Positions 48,619 through 59,579 are shown, counted from the first letter of the whole stretch. The stretch is 59,660 nucleotides of DNA, filler included, from 5 parts of 5 records of this genome joined end to end with filler, not necessarily neighbours in it, one strand, 5' to 3'. Numbers and translations: made by a program. The notes: generated by a model from the sequence alone, not told the origin.

Positions 48619-49932
48619 CTATGTTTGCCTTATGATGCCTTTTTCCACGAATATATCAGTAAGCGGGACAAGGATTTCCATTTCCACATTCATTTTGCAC
48701 GCTATTTCTGAAAGGCTTGTTTTCCCGTCGCACAGGAAAAGGAACCAGAGGATATTATCAAGACTTCCCAGGCCGCCCGCATTAGGGAGAAGGCCTCCTC
48801 CTGTCTTGGGATAAAGGTCGTGCTTGGAAAGCATGACTTCGCAGAAGGGATTCGTCCGCTCATAAAAAACATTCTGTTCCAGTATCTCCACCGCCCTTGA
48901 GTAAATGGACAATGTTGAATCTATATGCCGCGCGGATACAAAGGCCAGGTTATCCAGGGAAGTATGGTAATAATCATACTCGTAGTATTTGTCCCTGCAG
49001 ATCGAGGCCGTATTAATTCTGAATCCCGGAGAGGAATATTGCCGTTCATCACTGCCGTGAATATCAAAGGGATAACAGATGAAATCCTCGCCTGCCTCCC
49101 GGAAAGCAGATTCCACTGCCTTGTTTATAAAATGATCGGGATCATAGCTTTGCTTGTAACCGAAATTGCCCGGCCCGCCCACGCAGGTGACTACAAATCC
49201 GCAATCAATGTTTTTCATTATATCTTCGTTTTCCGCGCAATAGGCAATGGCGCCTATGGTTTCGGGAATGAAGACAATGCGATAGCTGAAATTATTCTTC
49301 TGCTTGAGAAGCTCGCGAGCCAGAAAGGCGGTCAAAACCACGCCGCTTAGATTGTCGTTGGCCAGGGACGGGTGGCAAAAATAAGTGGATATCAAATACT
49401 CTTGAGCGCTTTTGCCCGGGATTAGCAATTCCCCGACAGTCAATGACCCTTCGGAAAATTCCGAGTCGATAAAAACCTCGTATTCTCCGTTTTCACTGAA
49501 ATGCCTTTGATAATCCTCATGACTAAGACAGAATCCCCAGTCTTCCTTGTAATAGGAAGTTCGATAAGGTATGGCCGCCGGCAAATCTTCCCTGAAGTGC
49601 AACCTGCCTTTCAATTCCTCAAAAGACAATTTTTGCTGAACAGGCGAACTGTAGCTGACGACGTGAAGATTGCTATTTTGAAAATCCACAATCTTTTCGT
49701 CGCGGGCATTCTTTATCCAGGCATCCCGTATGTTCCATTCCCGTGGGATCACCCAGTCGTATACCTGGCGGCCTGATGGATATTCCAGTATTTTTAATGG
49801 AATTATTTCCCGAAGCGCGCGCAGGGTTTCCCTGTTCCCGTTTCCGGTAATGCTGCGGCAAATAGGGAAAAGACGTCTCAGGCATCCGTCGATTTCTTTT
49901 ATAATTTGGTCGGTCACGGCCTTATTTTTCAA
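48619..49932 (-). CDS. DUF4910 family protein (aminopeptidase-like, glycan modification)
   Basis: LFPICRSITGNG, W.IP.EW, IPYRTSYY, CHPSLANDNLSG, PETIG, GSDERQY, YHTSLD. Confidence 0.9.
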   Translation of the reverse strand: MKNKAVTDQIIKEIDGCLRRLFPICRSITGNGNRETLRALREIIPLKILEYPSGRQVYDWVIPREWNIRDAWIKNARDEKIVDFQNSNLHVVSYSSPVQQKLSFEELKGRLHFREDLPAAIPYRTSYYKEDWGFCLSHEDYQRHFSENGEYEVFIDSEFSEGSLTVGELLIPGKSAQEYLISTYFCHPSLANDNLSGVVLTAFLARELLKQKNNFSYRIVFIPETIGAIAYCAENEDIMKNIDCGFVVTCVGGPGNFGYKQSYDPDHFINKAVESAFREAGEDFICYPFDIHGSDERQYSSPGFRINTASICRDKYYEYDYYHTSLDNLAFVSARHIDSTLSIYSRAVEILEQNVFYERTNPFCEVMLSKHDLYPKTGGGLLPNAGGLGSLDNILWFLFLCDGKTSLSEIACKMNVEMEILVPLTDIFVEKGIIRQT

Positions 49933-50995
49933 TACTCATATCGATCATTGACCAGGTAATTATGTCATCGGATGTTATGTCCACCAACGCGGACCTGCCG
50001 AGCAACTCATCGATATGCCTGGGCGATACGCCGTGTGCCGGACGCTTCCAGGTCAGGTCGTCCATTTCGATATTTTTTCCTTTTGGTATATCCCGGGCCG
50101 CCACCAGACTCCGGCGGGCATGCTTCCGGGCCGGTTCTTCAGACGGAAGCGGGTATTTAAGATTGCTGCCGACAACTTCAGCGGCCCTTTCCAGGCGCTG
50201 TTTGAAAAACCTCAGATCTTCCATATCCATGGCGTGGTAGTGATCGTTGCCGGGCAGGGTTTTATCATGGCTGAAATGCTTTTCCAAAATCATGGCGCCC
50301 AGGAGAGTTGCAATTTCCAGGTTGCTCATGTCGCCGGGCAGGGTATGATCCGAATACCCGATAATGTGCTTCGGGAATTTTGTCCGCAAGTGAGTAATCA
50401 TGCCCAGGTGCGCGTTTTTATCTTCTGTCGGGTAATTGAGGATGCAATGCAGCAAAGCCAGGGGCGCGCCTGATTTTTCAATCCAGAAAACAGCTTCTTC
50501 GACTTCGTGAAGATATGACGCCCCGGTGGAAAGCAATATTGGCTTGCCGAATTTGCACATGAATTCAATGAACGGCTTATTGGTTATATCCGAAGACGAA
50601 ATCTTATACACGTCCATCAGGTCGTTGAGGAAAACAGCCGATTCAACGTCAAAGGGAGTGCTCATGAATTCCAGGCCGGCACGGTCGCAGTGTTTTTTAA
50701 GCTCTTCAAATTCGTTTTTCCAGAACTTGTCGTATTTCTGGAAAAGCTCGAACTGGCTCCTGGTGGGTTCCTTAGTCGTATCCCAATAGGCCGGCGATTG
50801 CCGGGAGGCTATGGTCGAAGCTTTATAGGTCTGGAATTTAATGGCGTCCGCCCCGCCTTCCGCGGCTTCATCAATCAGCCTTCGGGCCAGGTCCATGTCG
50901 CCTTCATGGTTCACGCCGGCTTCGGCGATGATATATGGCCTATTTAAATCTGAAAACCGGACCACTCCCCGCTCGAACACTTCCTTTATCTTCAT
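49922..50995 (-). CDS. neuB: NeuB-family nonulosonic acid synthase with C-terminal SAF domain
   Basis: IIAEAGVNHEG, GADAIKFQT, STPFD, LHC..NYP, GYSDHT, EKHF, RRSLVA; ATG at 50995. Confidence 0.92.
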   Translation of the reverse strand: MKIKEVFERGVVRFSDLNRPYIIAEAGVNHEGDMDLARRLIDEAAEGGADAIKFQTYKASTIASRQSPAYWDTTKEPTRSQFELFQKYDKFWKNEFEELKKHCDRAGLEFMSTPFDVESAVFLNDLMDVYKISSSDITNKPFIEFMCKFGKPILLSTGASYLHEVEEAVFWIEKSGAPLALLHCILNYPTEDKNAHLGMITHLRTKFPKHIIGYSDHTLPGDMSNLEIATLLGAMILEKHFSHDKTLPGNDHYHAMDMEDLRFFKQRLERAAEVVGSNLKYPLPSEEPARKHARRSLVAARDIPKGKNIEMDDLTWKRPAHGVSPRHIDELLGRSALVDITSDDIITWSMIDMSIEK

Positions 50996-50999
50996 ATCT

Positions 51000-51692
51000 C
51001 TATTGCTCCTTGAAAATACGGACAATTTCCAAATCAGGGGTATCAATGGATATATTTTTCAGGGCCAGCAGACTGAAATCTTCAAAGGTATCCACATCCA
51101 GCTTTAATTCGGGGCGAGCGATTCTTTCATCCGGGGGATCGAAAGTTTTTATGGAAAACAGCTCGGGATTGTCATGAATGAAGGTCACGCAATGTTCGCG
51201 ATGGGCAGGCAGGACAGCCTCTTTATCCAACTTTTCCAGCACCTGGAAAGGGAAAATTTCCGCGCCCAAACCGTCCGGGTACCTGTTTCCCCTGGGGATA
51301 TGATTGTACGCGTAATCGCATGGATGATCGATGTAAAACCTGATGAGATTGTCGATCTCAGCGCCGCTGATTAACGGATTGTCAGCGCAAACCCTTACTA
51401 TATGATCGGCGCCTGTAAGTTGGGCGGCGAGATAAAATCTCTTCAGGACGTCGTCTTCAGGCCCCCGGAAGACCTTGACCTTAATTTCCTCCAGGTAAGC
51501 CGCCAGGACGTCGTCTTTCCTTGTATCGGGAACGGCTACGATCAGGTCATCCAGCAATTCGGCTTTTCCAACCCGTCGCACCACCCATTCGATCAGAGGA
51601 CTTCCGTGAAGAGAAAGAAGCATTTTATTCGGCAGCCGGGTCGATCCCAGCCGCGCCTGAACTATACCGACAATCTTTTTATTATTTATCAT
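51000..51692 (-). CDS. spsF: SpsF-like cytidylyltransferase (CMP-nonulosonate synthetase family)
   Basis: IVQARLGSTRLPNK, RGPEDDVLKRF, VRVCADNP, REH, LDVDTFEDF. Confidence 0.85.
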   Translation of the reverse strand: MINNKKIVGIVQARLGSTRLPNKMLLSLHGSPLIEWVVRRVGKAELLDDLIVAVPDTRKDDVLAAYLEEIKVKVFRGPEDDVLKRFYLAAQLTGADHIVRVCADNPLISGAEIDNLIRFYIDHPCDYAYNHIPRGNRYPDGLGAEIFPFQVLEKLDKEAVLPAHREHCVTFIHDNPELFSIKTFDPPDERIARPELKLDVDTFEDFSLLALKNISIDTPDLEIVRIFKEQ

Positions 51693-53313
51693 TGCTATTC
51701 AACAATCCTTGGATAAGAGAGACAACTCCAGGTTTATTGGCCGCAAAATTAAATGGCGTCATGCGATCGAACAATTCAAACCTTTTTGCCCTGTCATTGA
51801 CCAGTTCAGCCAAGGCCTCGGCCGCGGCTGCTTCTGTTTTACCTTCATCGTATACGCCCAGGGGGATAAACCCGTTTTCCGGTTTTGAAAAATGATGCGT
51901 CCGCTCCCTTTCATGCTGGGAAATAATCAGGCCGGGGATATTCATATGGCACAGTTCATACACGGTGCGGCCGTTTGATGATATGGCCAGGTCGGACTTT
52001 TCCATTATTTTTGATATGACGCCGGTGGCATAGGTGAATTCAATCCGGTCGTAACCTGATCGGTCAATATAATCCACCAGTTCATTTTTATATGGATACC
52101 CGGCGCCGGTGACCACATAGATCATGATTCCCAATTCCCGGCAGAATGGGACTACAGAAGCCAGGATTTTCATGGTCAGGTTGTGCTGGTCGGTCCCTCC
52201 AAAGGTGATGATTATAGAGCGCACTTCATTACCGGCAGGTCTGGGTCTAGCGTCGATGAACTCATCCCGCAGAAAATAGTATTCATGCCCCCACCTTATT
52301 TTTTCACCGGCGACGACAGGTTCGTCGTACAATTCATTAAAGGCCAGATCAGCCAGCCCGACACCAGAACCCAGGTCTTCGAAATTGACCACGGAAATTC
52401 CGGCCGCCTTCAGTTTTTCAATATATACCTTTTCCGTATCCAGGATATCGTTGACTACCAAATCCGGTTTGAGATTTATGATTTCCTCTTCAACTTGTTC
52501 AGTAGAAAAGACGCGCATCAGGTAGTCGTTGCCCGCCACCTGGCTGATGGCTACGCTGTCACGCTCTTCGCAAACAAAAATGATTTCATGATCGGATATT
52601 TCATGGGCCAGGGTCAGGGCCCGGTAAACATGGCCCATGCCGACCTGTTTGTTGCCTATTATCCGGAAAATGATTCGCTTTCTTAAAAGCAGTTTCTCGC
52701 AGACCCACCAGTCCTGGTAGCTGTTTATTTCAATAGTGTTTTCATCCAGGATGAAAGGGTGAATAGTTATGTTTTCGGGATCGGTCTTGATCAGGTCTGA
52801 ATTAAAGATCAAAAATGCTTTTACTTCGTTAAGAATATAGTCAACGTCGTCGGAAAAAACAGCCTTGCTCAAGTTTGAACTTGAGCCGTTAAAAATGCGG
52901 TGGCGCTGCTTTTTAACGGTCAGCATGACCTGGTATCCGTTCCTGGTAAAATGATCGTATGCAGAACGAATAATCTGAACCGGAAGCAAGGGAACGTAAG
53001 GGTGCAATATCATGACCCGGGTGTATTTCTTATACAGCTTGAGTATAAAAAGCCGCAAGTCTTTCAAGATATCGGTTCCGGACAATCGCAAATCCTGCTT
53101 GTAAAAATGATTTACACCGGCCCGTTCGCTGATCAGGGATATCTCCTGGGAATCCGTAATCACATAAACATGGTCCGGCTCAACCAGGCCCAGGCCCGTG
53201 TTAACAGCCCTTTGAACAAGGGACACCCCGGCCAGCCTCTTTATGAGGTCGTCCGGGAAGGCCACGTTTTTTTTAACGGCCGGTATGAGAACGCAGAGTT
53301 CGTGACGCATCAT
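51682..53313 (-). CDS. Fusion of degenerate NeuA-like cytidylyltransferase domain and PseG/SpsG-like domain
   Basis: N-terminal CTP-transferase-like region ending IEINSYQDWWVCE; C-terminal GMGHVYRALTLA, ITFGGTD, SSNGRTVYE. Confidence 0.8.
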   Translation of the reverse strand: MMRHELCVLIPAVKKNVAFPDDLIKRLAGVSLVQRAVNTGLGLVEPDHVYVITDSQEISLISERAGVNHFYKQDLRLSGTDILKDLRLFILKLYKKYTRVMILHPYVPLLPVQIIRSAYDHFTRNGYQVMLTVKKQRHRIFNGSSSNLSKAVFSDDVDYILNEVKAFLIFNSDLIKTDPENITIHPFILDENTIEINSYQDWWVCEKLLLRKRIIFRIIGNKQVGMGHVYRALTLAHEISDHEIIFVCEERDSVAISQVAGNDYLMRVFSTEQVEEEIINLKPDLVVNDILDTEKVYIEKLKAAGISVVNFEDLGSGVGLADLAFNELYDEPVVAGEKIRWGHEYYFLRDEFIDARPRPAGNEVRSIIITFGGTDQHNLTMKILASVVPFCRELGIMIYVVTGAGYPYKNELVDYIDRSGYDRIEFTYATGVISKIMEKSDLAISSNGRTVYELCHMNIPGLIISQHERERTHHFSKPENGFIPLGVYDEGKTEAAAAEALAELVNDRAKRFELFDRMTPFNFAANKPGVVSLIQGLLNSNDK

Positions 53314-53857
53314 CCCCTCAAGGAATCCAGGACCTCTTTGGCAGACTCAAGTATATAGTCAAGATCGGCGTTGCTCAGCCAGTGATGAAAGGGAAACGAG
53401 ACCATGTTATCAAAGAATTCATCGGTATTGGGGCAATCCGCATTTTCAAGGCCTGACTTTTTGTAAAAGTCATACCGGTTGAGCGGATAATACTGGACCA
53501 CGCATTGAATGCCCTTTTCCCGGGATATCTTTCTCATGAAATCATCCCGTTTGCCGTTAAGCATACGCATAACCAGCAAGTGATAATTGTGTCTCGTAGT
53601 ATCCACGCGGAGAAAATCCAGTTCGTCATAGTCTTTAAGAGCATCAATAAAATCGATGGCCCTTTGTCTTTTCTCTGCATTTATCCGGTCGATGCGGTCG
53701 AGCATTTTAGTCCCCAGGGCGCATTCCACTTCCCCAAGGCAGTAGTTATTGGGCATGATGGGTTTGCCGTTCAGTTCGGGCATATCAACGTTTCCCATGG
53801 CCGGGACCCAGTAGTCGTCCCGGTCAAACGAAAAGGCGCAGTGGCCGTTGTGCCTGA
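53310..53857 (-). CDS. DegT/DnrJ/EryC1/StrS aminotransferase, 5'-truncated
   Basis: RHNG at contig edge, NYCL.E..CALG, RDDFM...GIQC.V.YYPL, SFPFH C-terminal motifs. Confidence 0.82.
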
Positions 53858-53957
53858 NNNNNNNNNNNNNNNNNNNNNNNNNNNNNNNNNNNNNNNNNNN
53901 NTTAATTAATTAANNNNNNNNNNNNNNNNNNNNNNNNNNNNNNNNNNNNNNNNNNNN
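53858..53957. other. Artificial contig spacer
   Basis: N44-TTAATTAATTAA-N44. Confidence 0.99.
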
Positions 53958-56900
53958 ATTGACACCGGACAACATGGGCACCCTCAAGACCCTGGGGGAT
54001 ATCCTGACAGCCATTGGCGCAGGCGAAAGCACGGCAACGGCCACCGAAACGCCCGAACCCGCCCCCGCCACGGCCCCCCAATCGGTGATGCCGGTTCTGG
54101 TGAAAACCATCAGCGAGCTCACGGGATTTCCCGAGGAGATGCTGGACCCCGGTATGGATCTTGAGTCGGATCTTGGCATCGACTCCATCAAGCGGGTGGA
54201 GATTCTCTCACGGCTGGAGCAGGAACTGCCCGGGTCAGAGGCGTTCTCATCGGACGAAATCGGCCAGCTCAAGACCCTGGCCGACATTGCCGCCCATATT
54301 GACGGCACCGCCGCAACCCCGGCCGGGGAAACGGCGGTTGAACCCGCACCCGCCCCATCAGGGGAAGACCGGCCCAACGAACGGATTTCAAACGGCCTGG
54401 TGCGACAGGTGGTCAATATTAAGTCCTTGCCCATGGACCAGGTGCGGTTCCACAACGGGGCCAAAATCACCGTCTCCCCCTCCAAAACCGTTTACATCAC
54501 CCAGGAGGGCACCGGTTTTGCCGAGGCCCTGAAAGAGGGATTCACAAGGGCGGGAATCAAGGCGGAAACCCTTGCCGTGGAGACGGCGTTAGCGGATAAT
54601 TTAAGCGACATGGCCGGCCTTGTGATCGTTTACGATACCACGGCGAAAACCGGCGATTTCCTGAAATCAGCCTTTCTCCTGGCAAAAAAGTGCGCCCCGG
54701 CCCTCATGGATTCGGCAGCGGAACAGGCAGCCTTTTTCACCACGGTCTCCTTCCTCGGGGGAAGTTTCGGGTTTGACGACCAGCCCATTACCGATCCCCT
54801 CCAGGGAGGCCTTGCAGGCCTTGCAAAGACAGCCGCCCTTGAATGGGAAAATGTGCTTTGCCGAAGCCTGGATCTGGGAACGGCCCAGGAGAGAACCGAC
54901 GCCCATATGGACGCCATTGCCAACCTGACCATGATCCACGGCGCCGTGGAGATGGGAATCACAGACGACCTGTGCAACATCCCGGAACTTGTAGCGGAGG
55001 AGGTCCGGCCCGAAACTAGCGATATGGGCAGGGACGACGTGTTCGTTATCACAGGCGGCGCCAGGGGCGTCACGGCCGAATGCGCCCTTGCCCTGGCAGA
55101 ACGCCATTCTCCCACCATCGTACTCATGGGACGCTCCCCGGAACCCTGGAGCGAACCTGACTGGCTGGCCGGCCTGACCAACGAGGCCGAGATCAAGAGA
55201 GCCGTGATGGAACACGAGTTCACCGATAAACTCCCCTCCCCGGCCGATCTTGAGGCCCGGTACAAGGCCATTGCCTCCAACCGGGAGATCGCCGGGAACC
55301 TGGAAAGAATCGATAAAGCCGGGTCCGACGTCCGGTATGTCTCCGTTGATGTATTGGACGGTGACGGGGTGGCAGCACTCCTTGACACGGTCAGAAAGGA
55401 GCATGGCAAGATCACCGGCCTTATCCACGGGGCAGGCGTGCTCGAGGACAGGTTCATCACGGACAAGAGTGAAAAGCAGTTTACCAGGGTGTTTGACACC
55501 AAGGTCAGGGGACTTGACAACCTCCTGAAGGCAACCGGGGATGATCCCCTGAAGCATCTGGTCCTCTTCTCATCCATTGCGGCAAGGACGGGAAACAGGG
55601 GCCAGGTGGACTATGCCATGGCCAACGAGGTGCTCAACAAGACCGCCCAGGCCCAGGCCCGCACCCGCAAAGGATGCAGGGTCGTCGCCGTCAACTGGGG
55701 CCCCTGGGAGGGTGGCATGGTCACCCCCCTGCTGAAAAACAAGTTCCGGAAACTTGGCATCGATCTCGTTCCCCTCAAGGGAGGCGCCCAAAGCCTTGTT
55801 GATGAAATGGAAACCAGGGCACCGGTGGAGGTTGTCATCGGCGGTCACCTGCCGGCGGCCCCCGGTCCCAAGCCCAAAAAGCGAACCGCCCTCTCCCAGG
55901 CCCATAAGACCCGGGTCGGGACGGAATCCTGCCCGGTGCTTGACGATCACAGGATCGCAGGCCAGCCGGTGGTTCCCTTTGCCCTGATGATGGAATGGTT
56001 CGCCCATGGGGCCGCACACACCAATCCGGGCCTCTGTTTCGCCGGCATCGACGACATGCGGGTGCTCAAGGGGATCAAGCCGGGAACAGGCGCCATGGAT
56101 GTGACGGTCAACACCGGGAAGTGCACTCCGGGCCAGGACTTCTTCAAGGTGGAGACCGAGCTGTCTTCAGAAAGCGGCCTCCACGCAAAGGGGCTGACCC
56201 TGCTGGCGGAAGCAGGCGCCCTTCCGGCGCCGCCGGTACAGAGCCCTTCCGGCAACATGGACCTTCAACCCTTCAGCCTGAATGTCGACGAAGCCTATGA
56301 AAAGATCCTCTTCCACGGCAATCGCCTGAAGGGCATCAAGGCCATTGTCGGCACCTGTGAAACAGGCATTGAAGTGGTGGCCAAACGGGCGGGCACACCC
56401 GACACCTGGATGAAAAATCCCCATGGAAAGAACTGGGCCATGGATCCGCTGCTTGTGGACGCAGCCTTCCAGGCCGCCATCCTATGGACCTGTGAACATA
56501 CCGGAAACGCCTGCCTGCCGGCCTACGTGGCAAACCTTCGGGTCTACGCCTCCATGGCCGAGTCGGACACGGATGTCACGATCATTCTCACCGTGAACGA
56601 ACGGAGTGACCGGGGCATCAAAGGGTATTTCACCTTCCTCGACGCAAACAACAAGGTGATTGCCAGCATCACCGGATTTGAGGCGGTGACCGATCCTTCC
56701 TTGCTCAAACGCTTCAAGCCCCGGGGAACAGGCGGACAGGAACGCTTCTCCAGGGAACAGATCCTTGCCTTTGCCGAAGGTAAGCCCTCAGAAGCCTTTG
56801 GCGAACCCTACAGGATATTTGACAATGAGCGACAAATCGCAAGGCTCCCAAGGCCCCCCTACTTTTTCATGGACAGGGTGCTGACAACCGAGCCAGCCCA

Positions 56901-57909
56901 GTGGGAGATGAAACCGGGGGGATGGATAGAGGCCGAGTTTGACCAGCCCTCGGACGGATGGTACTACAAGGCCGCCAGAAGCGAGACCCTTCCCTTCAGC
57001 ATTCTCCTGGAGATCGCCCTCCAGCCCTGCGGATGGCTTGCGGCCTATGCCGGGTCGGCCCTCAGGAGCGACAAGCGCCTTTACTTCAGGAACCTTGGCG
57101 GCGAAGCAACCCTGGTAAAACCCGTTTCCAGGGACATGGGCACCCTCACCATGCGCTCCAGGATGACCAACGTGTCCGAAGCCGGCGGACTCATCATCCA
57201 GGACTTTGACATGGAGGTGCTGAAAGGCAGTGAAATTCTCTACAAGGGACGCACCAACTTCGGCTTCTTCACAGGGGAAGCCCTGGCCAACCAGACAGGC
57301 ATCAAGGCAAGCCCCCTTGCCTACACCCCGTCTGAATCGGAAATGGAAAGCGCCATTTCAATAGATTTTTCAGACGATGCCCCCCTCACCCCCGGGGATG
57401 ACAACACCTCAATGCCAACGGGCATGCCGTCAAAGGCCCTGAGGATGATCGACAGGATCGACCATCTCACCATGGACGGCGGCATATACGGTAACGGGTG
57501 TGTGAAGGCCGGCAAAGAGGTGGATCCGGACGAATGGTTCTTCAAGGCCCATTTTTACCAGGATCCGGTCTGTCCCGGCTCCCTCGGTATTGAATCCTTT
57601 CTCCAGCTGATCACAGCCTACGCCAGGGAGCGATTGGACTTTTCACCCGAGGAACATGAGATGATCATGGCGGGCCATGACCACAAATGGACCTACAGGG
57701 GCCAGATCACCCCGAAGAACAAGCGTATCGAGGTCCAGGCCCACATCAAATCCGTCACCGAAGGCAAGCATCCAAGGATTACCGCCGACGGCATCCTCCA
57801 GGTGGACGGCCTTGTCATCTACCAGATGGAAGACTTCACCCTGGAAATGTGTGAAAAAAAGTGTGACAGGAAGACCGCCAAGGAAGATCTACTGACCAGC
57901 CACAAATAA
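53958..57909 (+). CDS. Pfa-like iterative type I PKS/FAS, 5'-truncated: ACP(s)-KR-PS/DH-FabA-like DH pair
   Basis: ACP DLGIDSIKRVEI; KR TGGARGVT...HGAG...DYAMANE; DH DHRIAGQPVVP...DAAFQ; FabA-like WFFKAHFYQDPVCPGSLGIE. Confidence 0.9.
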
Positions 57910-57915
57910 AGAAAA

Positions 57916-57943
57916 GGGGACGCCCAGAAAAGGGGGCGTCCCC
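57916..57943. repeat. REP-like hairpin / possible bidirectional terminator between PKS and argA
   Basis: GGGGACGCCC-N8-GGGCGTCCCC perfect 10-bp inverted repeat; same motif at 59504-59533. Confidence 0.65.
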
Positions 57944-58042
57944 ACTATCGGTACTACGTTCCCTCTATTCCCACTATCCCATCCCCACTCGTCCATACCA
58001 TTCCACCGGTTTTATTGCGGTATAACGGCGGATTATCGGCCG

Positions 58043-59398
58043 TTAAAGGTCGAGCAGCAACACCCGGGAGTTTCGCTCGTTATTATACCTTGCCTTTCGC
58101 CCCGGCGGCAGATCTGCCGGCGTTCCCAGAACAAAACCGAATTTGTAAAACCAGTCCGATGTCTGGGTGGTCAAAAGAAAGAGCCGCTTGAGTCCCCTCT
58201 TACGCCCAAGGTCAATGAGAAACTCCATGATCCCCTGGCCGACCCCCTTGGATTTATAGGATGAATTCACGGCAATGGCGCCTATTTCACCCGCGTTGTC
58301 ATCCTGGGGGTAGAGGGCGCCGCAGCCATACACGGCCCGGTCCACCTCGTAGATGTAGTAATCGTTGATCTGCTCGGTGAGTTCCGCTTCGGAACGCAAC
58401 ACCAGGTTGCCCTTTTTCACATAACCGTCCATGAGATGGAGAATTTCAGGAACGTCTTCGCAGGTGGCGACCCGGATGTGGGCATACTTGTTCCGATAAA
58501 TCATGGTGCCCTGCCCCATGCTGGAGAATACCTCCTGCAACAGGGAGCCCTCCCTGGTGCCGCAGATGATATGCACCCGGTTGACCCCGTTCTGCACCCG
58601 GGTCGCCTCCAGGGCGTTTTCCAGATACTCCCGATAGTGCAGATCCAACGTATCCCTGTTGTGCTCGAGGAGATAATCGACCTGGGCAAGGTCGAGGCTT
58701 GAAAAGATGCCGGAGGAATGGGTTTCTATCCCCTTGGGAAGCGCCAGGTTCGCCACGGGAATGCCATCGTCCTCACCGATGAAAAAGAGCTTGATCACGT
58801 CAAGGTCGCGGCAGAGCCGGGCGGTGATGTGACTGGAATTGACATTATAGCTCTTGCCCGTTGAATTGAATCCGATATTGTAGATGACAGGAATGAAATT
58901 CTGCTCGAGGAGCTGAATGACGATGTCCGACCGTATCTTTTCAATACATCCGGTACATTCATAATCCACGCCCTTGTCCACACCGATGGCCCGGGCCCTG
59001 ATCCAGTTCCCCATGATGCCGTCGGCCCCCCCGACAGCAAGGTGTGAGATGATGGTTTCTGTAACCTCCATGGCGGCAAATTTCACAAAAGAAAGGGCCT
59101 CCGCAGGGGTGATACGAACGCCATTGACAAACCGGGTAGCGATCCCGGCTTTGGTAAGCTTCTCCTCTATGGTGGTGCGAATCCCAGGAATGATGACGAT
59201 GTTGATGCCAATGTCATGGAGCTGGATAATGTCCTTCATGAGCAGTGGAAACAGGGGATTGCGAATCAGGCTATCCTCGATTTTAAGCACAAAGATTTTC
59301 TGTTTGAAGCGCTTGATGTAGTTGAACACTTCCCTGATACCGCTCACTCCGGTATCAAAGGAGTCGTTTTTTAAGGGGAAATCACTCACGGTTGTCAT
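58043..59398 (-). CDS. argA: Amino-acid N-acetyltransferase (N-acetylglutamate synthase)
   Basis: AAK-like domain (YIKRF...FV, GVRIT, GVDYE.TG, GVNRVHI...GSLLQEVFS..GQGTM) plus GNAT domain (GCGALYP, LFLLTTQTSDWF, YN..RNSRV). Confidence 0.92.
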   Translation of the reverse strand: MTTVSDFPLKNDSFDTGVSGIREVFNYIKRFKQKIFVLKIEDSLIRNPLFPLLMKDIIQLHDIGINIVIIPGIRTTIEEKLTKAGIATRFVNGVRITPAEALSFVKFAAMEVTETIISHLAVGGADGIMGNWIRARAIGVDKGVDYECTGCIEKIRSDIVIQLLEQNFIPVIYNIGFNSTGKSYNVNSSHITARLCRDLDVIKLFFIGEDDGIPVANLALPKGIETHSSGIFSSLDLAQVDYLLEHNRDTLDLHYREYLENALEATRVQNGVNRVHIICGTREGSLLQEVFSSMGQGTMIYRNKYAHIRVATCEDVPEILHLMDGYVKKGNLVLRSEAELTEQINDYYIYEVDRAVYGCGALYPQDDNAGEIGAIAVNSSYKSKGVGQGIMEFLIDLGRKRGLKRLFLLTTQTSDWFYKFGFVLGTPADLPPGRKARYNNERNSRVLLLDL

Positions 59399-59474
59399 GA
59401 ACCTTTCTCGTTAAATTTTTCCTGGCAAACTGAAAAATTATCAAAAGCGCGGTCCAAAAGCAAGGATCTAACAA

Positions 59475-59579
59475 GGGGACGCCATAAAAAACAAACACAA
59501 CAAGGGGACGCCCATAAAATTACGGGCGTCCCCAAACACACAAAAGGAGTCCCATAAAACTGTAATTTTATGGGACTCC
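59475..59579. repeat. Cluster of REP-like palindromes
   Basis: GGGGACGCCATAAAA (59475); GGGGACGCCC..GGGCGTCCCC (59504-59533); GGAGTCCCATAAAA..TTTTATGGGACTCC (59546-59579). Confidence 0.7.

Noticed and set aside
17569-53957. Recurring TTAATTAATTAA within N runs, and abrupt GC shifts that look like islands or horizontal transfer
   Set aside because: Four identical 100-nt artificial linkers; the shifts coincide with contig joins, so no cross-gap operon or island can be inferred.
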